From: a virus
IMG/VR virus record: IMGVR_UViG_3300010371_000028
Coordinates: 1 to 64,000 of that record
Direction: 5' to 3' (one strand)
Length of the DNA stretch: 64,000 bases
The notes under the pieces: model-generated
Seen by the model: only the letters and a program-made list of their open reading frames with translations
Databases searched by the model: none
What the model was told of the DNA's origin: nothing
Program-made: the position numbers and the translations under genes
Shown here: positions 1 to 8,844 of the stretch, in pieces
How the letters are laid out: each line of letters starts with the position of its first letter
How positions within the stretch are numbered: the first letter of the stretch is position 1

Positions 1-110
1 CAGCCGGTCGGGTCGCGCCAGATCAGGTGCCGCATCGGGTTGTCGGTGCCGCTGTTGTGGCGCAGCGGGCACGGAGCGAGCTGGGAGATGTGCGGGACCG
101 GACGCGGCAT
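1..110 (-). CDS. Hypothetical protein, truncated by window edge
   Basis: ATG at 110 overlaps the upstream stop (TGATG); reads MPRPVPHISQLAPCPLRH... off the window. Confidence 0.45.
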   Translation of the reverse strand, partial: MPRPVPHISQLAPCPLRHNSGTDNPMRHLIWRDPTG

Positions 111-316
111 CACGACACCGCCCATGCGGCTGCGGCAACCAGCCCGGCCGCTACGCCCACGACCGCGAGCAGCCACAGCGCGCCGAGGACGACGGGCAGC
201 CGAAGCCGGAGACGCTCCGGGTCCGCGTACCCGACTCCGCTACGGTCGGCGAACGTCGGCGGGAGCGGCGCGAGCTGACGCGTGCACAGGTCGCAGTAGT
301 GCCGGGGGAGTGTCAC
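110..316 (-). CDS. Small membrane protein with N-terminal CxxC
   Basis: GTG start coupled to the upstream stop; HYCDLC then a C-terminal hydrophobic helix. Confidence 0.5.
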   Translation of the reverse strand: MTLPRHYCDLCTRQLAPLPPTFADRSGVGYADPERLRLRLPVVLGALWLLAVVGVAAGLVAAAAWAVS

Positions 317-816
317 GCGCCACCGCCGGTCTCGTACGTCCTCACGGGGATCCCGGCGGCCTCGGCACGCCGCATGCAGTCTCGGGTTCCGGTGGACACC
401 CCGAGCGGGAACGCCAGCGCCAACTCCGCCCCGGCGTCGACCATCTGCTGGTTGCGGTAGTTGCCCGCGGCCGGGCAGAAGTCCGTGCCGTCCTGCCGCT
501 TCCGACGGTGGCCCGGGCGGCACGTCTTGCGGCACGGGCCCTTCCAGTTCGCGGGCCAGCATTCGCGGGTCATCCCGAACGTCGGCGCGAGTTCATGGGC
601 GAGGCCGTCCGCGCCGTCGGCGCCGCCGTGGACGATCACGACCGGGCGAGGCGAGAACATCGCCTGCGCGTAGGCGAGCCCGTCGGACACCAAGGCCGCG
701 TCGGTCAGGTTCCTGCTGCCCGTCACAAGGACGCGGGCTGGCTTCAGGCCGAGCAGTACGCCGTACTTGGCGAAGAACGCGTCGTCGTACCGCTGCTGCT
801 GCCAGTAGTCGCTCAC
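313..816 (-). CDS. YspA/SLOG-family (DUF2493-like) protein
   Basis: RVLVTGSRNL...VIVHGGADGADGLA...AAGNYRNQQMVD...LAFP...GTRDCMRRAEAAGIP matches the SLOG pattern. Confidence 0.8.
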   Translation of the reverse strand: MSDYWQQQRYDDAFFAKYGVLLGLKPARVLVTGSRNLTDAALVSDGLAYAQAMFSPRPVVIVHGGADGADGLAHELAPTFGMTRECWPANWKGPCRKTCRPGHRRKRQDGTDFCPAAGNYRNQQMVDAGAELALAFPLGVSTGTRDCMRRAEAAGIPVRTYETGGGA

Positions 817-1271
817 CGGTCGGCCGCCGCATCCCGCTTCATCGCCGCAATCCCGGCCGCAGCGCAGTCGTCCCAGCCGCGCCGGTACTCGGCCACGGCA
901 TCCGAGGGGCCACCCGTCAGCCAGTCCAGCGACAGGCCCAGCCATGCGAGCAGCGCCAGCAGTGCGGGCGAATCCGGCGTACGTTCGCCCTTCTCGAAAC
1001 CGGTGATGGTCGTGAACGGAACCCCGATCTCGACGGCGGCAGTCCGCAGGGACAGCCCGCGAGCCGACCGCCGCTCGCGGACGAACCCGCGCAGCTCGGT
1101 CATCCGCTCGTCCACGAGGGCTGCGGGCGTGGTTGTCGGGCGCGCCGCTGGCCGACCGGGCCGCTGCTGCCCGAGCGCCGCGTTCGCCTTGTCGAGCTGG
1201 TGCTGCAGGTCCTGGTTCGCGGCGACCAGACGGTCATGCGCGTCGAGGCGGTCAGCGGATTCCTGGGTCAC
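813..1271 (-). CDS. XRE-family HTH protein with N-terminal coiled coil
   Basis: RGLSLRTAAVEIGVPFTTITGFEKGERTP. Confidence 0.8.
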   Translation of the reverse strand: MTQESADRLDAHDRLVAANQDLQHQLDKANAALGQQRPGRPAARPTTTPAALVDERMTELRGFVRERRSARGLSLRTAAVEIGVPFTTITGFEKGERTPDSPALLALLAWLGLSLDWLTGGPSDAVAEYRRGWDDCAAAGIAAMKRDAAADR

Positions 1272-1447
1272 GGTGCTTCCATTCGTCGGGCGGGAAGGTT
1301 GCGGGTAGGCGCGCCGGCCAGGACGAGCGACCAGATCCGGTCACCGTCCGCCGGGTCGACCACGGCGTACAGCTCGACGGCGGCAACCTCGAGGGCGGCG
1401 AGCACGTCGGGAAACTCGGCGGCGAGAACGGCGTCGTTGTCAGACAT
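1268..1447 (-). CDS. Hypothetical protein
   Basis: ATG MSDNDAVLAAEF; coupled to neighbours. Confidence 0.5.
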   Translation of the reverse strand: MSDNDAVLAAEFPDVLAALEVAAVELYAVVDPADGDRIWSLVLAGAPTRNLPARRMEAP

Positions 1448-1610
1448 GGATCTCTCCCAGTTCGCCGTCGCGCTGGACCTCAACCGCCATACAGCGGGTG
1501 CAGGAGCGCTGGTGGACGGCTTCGTCGAACCCGTATAAGGCCCAGTCGGACCAGCGCGTCCAGGCGTGCGTGGACAGGCGGCAGCGGGCACGCTTCAGGC
1601 GGCGGATCAC
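1440..1610 (-). CDS. Small Cys/His protein
   Basis: GTG start coupled to the upstream stop; CRLSTHAW...RSCTRC. Confidence 0.5.
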   Translation of the reverse strand: MIRRLKRARCRLSTHAWTRWSDWALYGFDEAVHQRSCTRCMAVEVQRDGELGEIHV

Positions 1611-1924
1611 GCGGCACCCCGCTTCACCGCAGCGACGGCAGCCGCAGCACAGTCGTCCCAACCACGGGCGTACACCTGCGCCGGGCTTGCATCACTGAGT
1701 TCGCCGAGCCGCAGATCCACGCCGAGTGCCGCAGCCCACTGCCGCACAGTCGGGAAGTCGGGCGTGTTGACCCCGGACTCCCACGACGAAAGCGCGCGCT
1801 GTTTCGCGCCGATCAGGCCAGCGACCTCCGCCTGCGACAGGTTCGCTTTGACCCGCAGGGCGCGCAGGTCCGCGATGACCGGGTCGACCGGGCGCGGGAC
1901 GAGGCGTACACGCTGGGCGCTCAC
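1607..1924 (-). CDS. XRE-family HTH protein
   Basis: LRVKANLSQAEVAGLIGAKQRALSSWESGVNTP; GTG start at 1924. Confidence 0.85.
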   Translation of the reverse strand: MSAQRVRLVPRPVDPVIADLRALRVKANLSQAEVAGLIGAKQRALSSWESGVNTPDFPTVRQWAAALGVDLRLGELSDASPAQVYARGWDDCAAAAVAAVKRGAA

Positions 1925-2127
1925 GGCGTCCTCCGCTTCCGGCGCCACCAGCGCACCCCGGCGACCACGCACGCGACCGCATACAGGACCGCGAGGCCCG
2001 CCAGGATCGTCGGCACCGGCACGCCCTCGAACTCGAGGACCAGCAGAACCAGCGCCGCGAGCGCGATGCCGGCGTCCTCGAGCGCACGGCGGCCACGTGA
2101 GGGCCGTCGCGTCGAAGTGCCCGTCAT
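1921..2127 (-). CDS. Small membrane protein
   Basis: Two hydrophobic segments followed by basic WWRRKRR. Confidence 0.6.
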   Translation of the reverse strand: MTGTSTRRPSRGRRALEDAGIALAALVLLVLEFEGVPVPTILAGLAVLYAVACVVAGVRWWRRKRRTP

Positions 2128-2978
2128 CGGCCACCGCCCGGCAGGATCCCGGCCCGACACGCCAGCAGAACGGCGTGGGGAAGCGTCCTTGCGCCCAAGA
2201 CCGCCATCGCCTCGCGCAGCGCCTCCCGCACCGCACCCGGCCCGATCCGCAACCGCGTCGCCACCGCATCCGAATCCAGGCCCAGAGCCACCATCCGCAG
2301 CGCCTGCTCCTGCACAGACGACAGCGGAGACTCAGGCGCTGGCTCCGAGGCCGACGCGTCAGCCACAACGACGGGACGCGGAGCCGCACCGCGCGCCGGC
2401 GACAGATCCGGCGCCATGAACCCGGCATCCACCGCCCGCCGAACCAACTGGGCCCGGTTCGCCGCATCCAGCAGACGGAAAAGCACCGACAACCGCTCCT
2501 TGACCACCCGCACCGGCTCGCCCAGCCACACCGCGATCCGCGCCAGCGGCAGGCCCTGCGCAACCAGCGGCGGCAACACCAGCAGATGCGCGCCCGGCAG
2601 CGTAGGCCTCAGTCCCGGCGGCAACGACCGCGGGACGAACGCGCCGCGCCGGTAGCACTCCCCGACCATCCCGGCCCGGTCAGGCGTCCCAAGGATCTTC
2701 GCGGCCGACTCCACGTACGTGGCGACCGTGTTCGGGCGCAGGGCGAGACGCCGCGCGATCTCGTGGTTCGGCAGGCCATCGGCAACAAGATCCAGCACCG
2801 TGACGTGATGCGGATCGAGACGCGACTCGGGCGCAACGGAAATCCGCACCGTCAGGCCGGGAGCGGAATGCCCCGTCCCGGCCCTGGCGAGCCCCTCTGG
2901 CGGCCTGGCGGCTCCTCGCGGTCCCCCAGTGCCACCCCGGGTGCTCTCAGCGAGGCTCAGGGCGGCCGCCGCGGCCAT
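2124..2978 (-). CDS. Protein with three tandem LuxR-type HTH domains
   Basis: Three repeats of the pattern VL.LVA.GL.N.EIA.RL....TV.......KLG...RA..V; ATG overlaps the whiB stop. Confidence 0.75.
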   Translation of the reverse strand: MAAAAALSLAESTRGGTGGPRGAARPPEGLARAGTGHSAPGLTVRISVAPESRLDPHHVTVLDLVADGLPNHEIARRLALRPNTVATYVESAAKILGTPDRAGMVGECYRRGAFVPRSLPPGLRPTLPGAHLLVLPPLVAQGLPLARIAVWLGEPVRVVKERLSVLFRLLDAANRAQLVRRAVDAGFMAPDLSPARGAAPRPVVVADASASEPAPESPLSSVQEQALRMVALGLDSDAVATRLRIGPGAVREALREAMAVLGARTLPHAVLLACRAGILPGGGR

Positions 2979-3352
2979 CACGACATCCTCGAGCGGGCGC
3001 GAGCCTCGCGGCGCTTGAACGCGCGCCTCTCGTCCTCCGACATCCCGCCCCAGACGCCCTCGCCCATGCCCGACTCCAGCGCCCAGGCGAGGCAAGCCTC
3101 GATCGCCGGACAGCGGCGGCACACGGCCCTCGCGTCCTCGATCTGCAGCAGCGCCGGCCCTGTGTTCCCGATCGGAAAGAACAACTCAGGGTCCTCATGC
3201 ACGCACTCGGCGTCGTGCCGCCAGTCCTCGGCCGACGTCCGCGACACCGCGAACGGCGCCCTCGCCACGTTCGGCGTGCCCGACTTCCGCTGCGGCACCG
3301 TCGCCGGGAGCGACCCCAAGCCCGTACTGCGATGCGTCTTGCTCATCTCCAT
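2978..3352 (-). CDS. whiB: WhiB-family Fe-S transcription factor
   Basis: AECVHEDPELFFP...ARAVCRRCPAIEACLAWAL...GVWGGMSEDERR: four Cys plus the GVWGG motif. Confidence 0.95.
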   Translation of the reverse strand: MEMSKTHRSTGLGSLPATVPQRKSGTPNVARAPFAVSRTSAEDWRHDAECVHEDPELFFPIGNTGPALLQIEDARAVCRRCPAIEACLAWALESGMGEGVWGGMSEDERRAFKRREARARSRMS

Positions 3353-3485
3353 GTCTCCTTGATGGTTATCAACAGGCTGTAGATTTGTTGTGGATTAGTG
3401 CAGGTCAAGCGCTTCTGACTTTGGACTCAGTTGGGATTCGCTCCGGTCCGAACGCCAGCTAAGCGCTCGCTCAGGTCCGCCGCGA

Positions 3486-5174
3486 TTACCCGTCGACCCC
3501 GAACAGCGACGGCTGCAACGGCTTCGACAGCCGCGCCACGCACAGGTCCGCGTACGGCTCCTCGCGCTCGATCCCGATCGCGTGGAAGCCCTCTTCGATC
3601 GCGGCCTGCAGCGTGGTGCCGGATCCGGCGAAGGGGTCGAGGACCGTCCCGCCCGGCTGCGTAACCAGCCTGACCAGCCATTTCATGAGTTCGAGCGGCT
3701 TGACCGTGCTGTGCTGCGTCCCGTCGGCGAGCTTCGGCCTCTCCGACGCAGCCGCCTTCGCCTGGTATCTGAAGACCGGGAAGAACCTCGACGCCGAGCC
3801 ACTGTCCGCGCCGCGCGCCGGCACGCAATCGCGGTCACCCTCGAACTCGCCGTACGCCGCACCGAACTTCGGCGACGAACGCCGGGCTGGGTTCGCGCCC
3901 GACGTGCGCACGCCCGACTGCGCGTCGAGTTCCGCCACCGGGCAGCCGACCGCGCACGCCTCGGCGCACTGCTCGGAGTGGCTGAGCACGATGTTCGTCG
4001 GCCACCGGCCGAGATCGCTGGAGTGCCCGGCGGTCTGCTTGAAGTCCAGCTGACGGTCACGGTTTCCCGCATGGCCCCGGTCGCCTGATGCGTTGCGGGC
4101 GTAATCGGCGTCGCGAACCTCAGTGCGGCACGCGCCCACGTTGATCGCGCCGGTGCCCCATTCGAGGACGTTCGCGACGGTCGTGTTGAACCCGGTGGAC
4201 TTCCGGGCGACGATCACTGGCTCGTGGCTGGGTTTGAGCTGCGTGTTCCAGCCCTCCCACTGCTTCGCGAGGTCGGAAGCGGCAATCGTGACCGGGATCA
4301 TCCGGTCGGCGTCGCGGCCCTTCGCGCCCGCCAGATAGACACTTGCCGAGCCCTGATCGAGGCCAGAATCCCGGTGCCCGACGACTTCGCGACGACTCCA
4401 GTCCTCGCCGAACTCACCCTTGCGGCCGTTGAGTTTTTCGACGAGCGGCAGGATCTCGGCATCGTTGAAGCCGAGCGCGCCGCGGATCGTGGCCCACTGC
4501 TCAAGGCTGGGGACAATCGCGGCAACGCCCTGGGTGGTCCAGAGGTTCGCCATGTTGCCGCGGAACCCGAACAGAGCCTCGATCTGCTTGTTCGTCCAGC
4601 CGGCCTGGTCCCTGGCCGAGGCAAGCCACGCGGTGACCTGAAGGATCCCGGGTCGGTCATCGCGCCGCTTGTCGATCGCCTTCGCGATGTCCACGCCCTT
4701 GGGGAAGCCCTGGCCGTAGATCCAGTTGATGCCGTCGCGGATCTCGAAGCCGGCTAGCCGGATCGACATGGTCATCAGATCGGCCGTGCGGGGCGCGGCG
4801 AACGCCAGCAGGTGCCCGCCGGGCTTCAGGACGCGCAGGCACTCGTCCCATGCGGCAGGCGGCGGCACGAACTTGTCCCAGTCGGCGCCCATGAATCCGC
4901 CGTTCCCGGCCGGGGTGTATGCGCGGTCACCGGCCAGCCAGTGGGTGAGCGCGTCGGTCACCTTGGGCGCCGGGAGGTCCGTCAGGGCATACGGCGGGTC
5001 GCAGACCACGGCGTCGACCGAGTTGTCCGGCATCGTCCGCAGCACCTCGATGCAGTTGCCGAGGTGCAACGTCACCTGCTCGTCCTGGTAGTGCACGGTC
5101 GCCGGTTCACCTCCTTCGGTCCGGTCCGGGGTTGTGGGCGGCCTGCTCGGCTCGACGTGCAGGGCGGGGGTCAT
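3486..5174 (-). CDS. DNA amino-methyltransferase (N6-adenine/N4-cytosine, beta class)
   Basis: Motif IV DAVVCDPPY near the N-terminus, HSTVKP, and motif I VLDPFAGSGTT at the C-terminus. Confidence 0.92.
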   Translation of the reverse strand: MTPALHVEPSRPPTTPDRTEGGEPATVHYQDEQVTLHLGNCIEVLRTMPDNSVDAVVCDPPYALTDLPAPKVTDALTHWLAGDRAYTPAGNGGFMGADWDKFVPPPAAWDECLRVLKPGGHLLAFAAPRTADLMTMSIRLAGFEIRDGINWIYGQGFPKGVDIAKAIDKRRDDRPGILQVTAWLASARDQAGWTNKQIEALFGFRGNMANLWTTQGVAAIVPSLEQWATIRGALGFNDAEILPLVEKLNGRKGEFGEDWSRREVVGHRDSGLDQGSASVYLAGAKGRDADRMIPVTIAASDLAKQWEGWNTQLKPSHEPVIVARKSTGFNTTVANVLEWGTGAINVGACRTEVRDADYARNASGDRGHAGNRDRQLDFKQTAGHSSDLGRWPTNIVLSHSEQCAEACAVGCPVAELDAQSGVRTSGANPARRSSPKFGAAYGEFEGDRDCVPARGADSGSASRFFPVFRYQAKAAASERPKLADGTQHSTVKPLELMKWLVRLVTQPGGTVLDPFAGSGTTLQAAIEEGFHAIGIEREEPYADLCVARLSKPLQPSLFGVDG

Positions 5175-6502
5175 CGGGCGCCACCGCGGTAGTCATCGCC
5201 CTGCATGTCCACGAAACGGCTGAAGTGGCCCTGGAACGCGACGGTCACGGTTGCCCGCGGACCACCACGGTGCTTCGCCACGATCAGGTCGGCCTCGCCG
5301 GCACGCGGCGATTCGCGCTCGTACATGTCCTCGCGGTGAATCAGGATCCCGATGTCACAGGCCTGCTCTGCGACGCCGGTCTCGCGGATGTCGCTCATCT
5401 GCGGGGTCTTGTCGGCGCGGTTCGCGGGCCCGCGGTTGAGCTGGGCGAGCGCGATCACGGGGACGCGCAACTGCTTGGCGAGGCGCTTGAGGCCGTAGAT
5501 GATCGCGGCGGCTTCCCGCTCCCGGGACTCATACCGCTTGCCGTTGCCGGCGTCGAGCATCTGGAAGTAGTCGACCGCGATCACCTTGATCGGGTATCGC
5601 TTGACCATCTTCCGGGCGCGGGTGATGACCTTCATCAGGGTCAGGTCTTCGGAGTCGTCCACGTGGATGGCGGCGGTGGCGACGTCGCCGTAGTGCTTGC
5701 CGAACCGGGACCAGTCGTCCTCGGTCATGTGCCCGGGCCGCATGTGGTGCAGCGGGATGCGGGCTTCGGCGGAGAACAGGCGGGCGGTGATCTCGTCGTG
5801 GGTCATCTCGAGGGAGAACATCGCCGAATGGCCGCCCTGCTTGATCGACACGTGTCGCAGGACGTCCGCGCACAGGGTGGTCTTCCCGGTGCCGGCTCGG
5901 GCCCCGATGATGACCAACTGGCCGGGCTTGAGTCCGCCGGTCAGCTCGTCGAGGTCCGCGAATCCGGTCATGACGCCCGGCTCGCTTTCCGTCTCGAGAC
6001 GGTCGGCGACGCGCATGGCGGAGTCCGCCTGGCTGGATTCCTCGACCTCGCGCCGCGCCGTGACCGAGAACGCCTCGTCGTGCGCGCGGGCGACGATCTC
6101 CTCGATGTCGTCGCCGTCGGTCTCGAAGCCCATCTGCTCGATGCGACGGCCGACCTCGACGAGCCGCCGCAGCACGGCCTTCTCGCGCACGAGTTCGGCG
6201 TAGTGGCCGGTGTTGGCGGCGGTGGGGATCGCGTCCATGCAGTCGTGCAGGAAGATCGGGCCGCCGACGCGGGTCAGTTCCCCGCGGTCCTCGAGCCACT
6301 TCGCCACGGTGACCACGTCGGCCGGGTCTCCGCGCTCGGCGAGGTCCGTGATCGCGTCGAACACGGACTGGTGGCGCGGCAGGTAGAAGTCGTCGCGGCC
6401 GATGACCTCGAGGGCGTCTTCGATGCCGTCGCGGTGCAGCAGCATCCCGCCGAGCACTGCCCGTTCCGCGTCGAGGTTCTGCGGCAGTTCCCGTCCGTTC
6501 AC
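5171..6502 (-). CDS. dnaB: Replicative DNA helicase
   Basis: PQNLDAERAVLGGML N-domain, Walker A GARAGTGKT, VDYFQM, QLNRG, SDIRETG.AEQACD. Confidence 0.95.
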   Translation of the reverse strand: MNGRELPQNLDAERAVLGGMLLHRDGIEDALEVIGRDDFYLPRHQSVFDAITDLAERGDPADVVTVAKWLEDRGELTRVGGPIFLHDCMDAIPTAANTGHYAELVREKAVLRRLVEVGRRIEQMGFETDGDDIEEIVARAHDEAFSVTARREVEESSQADSAMRVADRLETESEPGVMTGFADLDELTGGLKPGQLVIIGARAGTGKTTLCADVLRHVSIKQGGHSAMFSLEMTHDEITARLFSAEARIPLHHMRPGHMTEDDWSRFGKHYGDVATAAIHVDDSEDLTLMKVITRARKMVKRYPIKVIAVDYFQMLDAGNGKRYESREREAAAIIYGLKRLAKQLRVPVIALAQLNRGPANRADKTPQMSDIRETGVAEQACDIGILIHREDMYERESPRAGEADLIVAKHRGGPRATVTVAFQGHFSRFVDMQGDDYRGGAR

Positions 6503-6876
6503 TGGGTGCCTCCGGCCGTGATCGCGGCGACGGGGCGTGCCACCGGCAGCCCGGGCGCCTGGAACCGGCCGGCCCGCAGCGCCGCGACGTACGCGGCGCC
6601 GGAGTCGTTCCCGCCCGTGTCGGGTACCCGGTGGGCTTCGGCCACGGACTGGCGCTCCGGACCGGGCGGGTTCGCCGCCTCGACCCGCTCGCGCAGGATC
6701 GCGGGGGTGAGCCAGCGGCTGTCACCGCGCAAGTGCTCCCGGGCCGCGGGGATCGCGTCGGCGAGGGTCACGTCGTCGAGCAACTCCGCCCAAACCTCGA
6801 TCAGTTCGCGGTCGATGTTCCGGTTGTCCACGCGGGCGATGTACGTCAGCAGGGCCGAAGCCTCCGTGCGGTTCAT
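6499..6876 (-). CDS. Putative helicase-loader / G39P-like replication protein
   Basis: Lies between initiator and dnaB; LLTYIARVD.R...IEVWAELL...WLTPA resembles this phage family. Confidence 0.6.
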   Translation of the reverse strand: MNRTEASALLTYIARVDNRNIDRELIEVWAELLDDVTLADAIPAAREHLRGDSRWLTPAILRERVEAANPPGPERQSVAEAHRVPDTGGNDSGAAYVAALRAGRFQAPGLPVARPVAAITAGGTQ

Positions 6877-7901
6877 GCGGTGATCTCCCTTCTGGGATTC
6901 GGGAAGATGGTGGCCAGGTCGACGCCCTCTTCGGCCGCGAACTCCTGCATGAGGTCAAGCCCGGTCTGCTTGCGCAGGGTCGCCGCCGACGGGCGTGCGG
7001 CGGTCGCGCCGCTCGTTCCCTGGGCGCGGCGCGACTGGACCCGGTCGACGAAGCTGGGGATGGCGGTGGGCGCGCTGCTCTTCTCGCTCCACTCCACGAG
7101 GCCCTGCCGGACGATGTCGTACGACACTTCCGCGAGAAGTTTCTTCAGTTCTTTTCCGACGCGTCCGATCATCTGATCGGTGGGCTTGTTCTCGATTCCT
7201 TTGCTGACGCGGAAGTCGACCCATTCGGCGATGAGGGTCTGCGAATTCCGTACTGGCTCGATTGGTGGCGCGGGCTCATCGCTTCGCGCCGCAGGCGCGC
7301 ACTCGAACAGCGCGACGGTCACGGCGGCTGGCGCCTGGGTTGGTGGCTTTGGCGCCGCGACGGGCAGGACGGTGACGGAGGCGAGCGGCGCAAGCTCCTC
7401 TTCCTCTTCCATTTCCCCTCCACTTCCACTTCCGGGGCGCGCGCGCGAGGCTTGAGGGCTCACTGCGCCCTCACTGAGGGGTGCGTGAGGATGCCCGGAG
7501 GGCTCCGTGAATTTCGGCGCGGGTGGCTTGGCGCCGGGCTTCGGACTACCGTCGTCCTCGTGGTACGGGCACCCCGGAAGGTGACTCTCGGACGGCCGGT
7601 TGATGCGCTGGTGCTTGCTGAAGTTGATGAAGTGGAGATACCAGGACCCGTTTACCTGGTAGCGGCAGAGCATTTCGACGTCGAGCATTTCCTGAATGTG
7701 CGCCTCGACGTCTTTGATGCTCACCTCGTCCATCTCGAGGGGGTAGATGTCGGCGCGGATCAGGTCGATGTCGTCCTTGACGCGCCCCTTGTCGTCGGCG
7801 TGGACGACGAGGCCTTCGAAGGTCCAACGGGCCGGAAACGACAGCTTCTTGATCGTGCGGGAGCGGAAGGCCTCCGGCTTGATCGTGCGGATGCGCGCCA
7901 T
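6873..7901 (-). CDS. Phage replication initiator-like protein
   Basis: MARIRTIKPEAF...ADDKGR...YLHFINFSKHQRINRPSES N-terminal pattern; upstream of dnaB. Confidence 0.75.
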   Translation of the reverse strand: MARIRTIKPEAFRSRTIKKLSFPARWTFEGLVVHADDKGRVKDDIDLIRADIYPLEMDEVSIKDVEAHIQEMLDVEMLCRYQVNGSWYLHFINFSKHQRINRPSESHLPGCPYHEDDGSPKPGAKPPAPKFTEPSGHPHAPLSEGAVSPQASRARPGSGSGGEMEEEEELAPLASVTVLPVAAPKPPTQAPAAVTVALFECAPAARSDEPAPPIEPVRNSQTLIAEWVDFRVSKGIENKPTDQMIGRVGKELKKLLAEVSYDIVRQGLVEWSEKSSAPTAIPSFVDRVQSRRAQGTSGATAARPSAATLRKQTGLDLMQEFAAEEGVDLATIFPNPRREITA

Positions 7902-8533
7902 CAGACCTTCGCCCCCTTCAGGCTGTTGCACAGGGAGCACAGCGTCTGCAGGTTGCTCAGGTCGTTGCCGCCGCCGAGAGCCTTCGGGTAGACGTGATCC
8001 ACCTCAAGGCCGCGGAAGATCTCAAGGCTGGATGCGCCAGCCTCAACCGGGTCGCCCGGTTTCCAACCGCACTTACAGCATCGATAGCCGTCGCGTTCGA
8101 GGACGACCGCGCGCACCCCGCTTGGCGTGTGCTCGTAGCCGCGGCGCACCTCATCCGCGAGTTCGGCCTGTCCGATTGCCCGGAGCTTCTTTGAGTACGA
8201 CTGATTGAGCACCTTCAACGCGCCAGCAGCGCGCCGCGGCTGGCGGCCGATGGACTCGGCGGCGAAGTACCCGGAAACGAAGACCTCGTCCTCGTCGTAG
8301 TCGACCTCGACAAGGTGACTCGCGCCGAGAGCCGCGATGTCGCTCCTCACCGTGTCGGGGTCTGAGCTGACCAGGTCAGCCCATGCGCGGTGGGCGAACA
8401 CGATCAGGCCGCCCGCGTTGAGCTTGGGATGCGTCAGCAGGAAGGTGTACAGGAGCTTCTGGCTGGCGGTGTGGCTGCGGAATAGGTTGTCGTACCACAT
8501 CGAGGTGGGAATGCTTCCGGACTTGCGGACCAT
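7901..8533 (-). CDS. HNH endonuclease with N-terminal winged-helix-like region
   Basis: RDGYRCCKCG...LEVDHVYPKALGGGNDLSNLQTLCSLCNSLKG. Confidence 0.85.
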   Translation of the reverse strand: MVRKSGSIPTSMWYDNLFRSHTASQKLLYTFLLTHPKLNAGGLIVFAHRAWADLVSSDPDTVRSDIAALGASHLVEVDYDEDEVFVSGYFAAESIGRQPRRAAGALKVLNQSYSKKLRAIGQAELADEVRRGYEHTPSGVRAVVLERDGYRCCKCGWKPGDPVEAGASSLEIFRGLEVDHVYPKALGGGNDLSNLQTLCSLCNSLKGAKV

Positions 8534-8616
8534 CGTGGTGCTGCTCTCCCGTGGCTGATCGTGGATAGGTGGACTTCGTGCCGGCCCTGTGACCGGCCTG
8601 GTATCTCGCGGCCCCA

Positions 8617-8844
8617 TCAGGCGGCTGCTTCCGGGCGGTAGGCGGCGACGGACCGCCCGGTCCACCAGCCGTGGCCGCAGCGGTCGCACCGGTAGGCGCA
8701 CGCGAGGGTGTCGCCGCTGATGGCCCAGAGCAGCGGCCGGTTGTCGGCTTGTCGGCACTTGGGGCACGCGTCCAGCTGCCTGGTGACCCAGTCGGGCGCG
8801 GTGGCGATCGACTTGTACCGCCGGGCGGTCTTCAGCGGGGCCAT
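8617..8844 (-). CDS. Small zinc-ribbon protein
   Basis: CPKC...YRCDRCGHGW; ATG overlaps the upstream TAA. Confidence 0.65.
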   Translation of the reverse strand: MAPLKTARRYKSIATAPDWVTRQLDACPKCRQADNRPLLWAISGDTLACAYRCDRCGHGWWTGRSVAAYRPEAAA

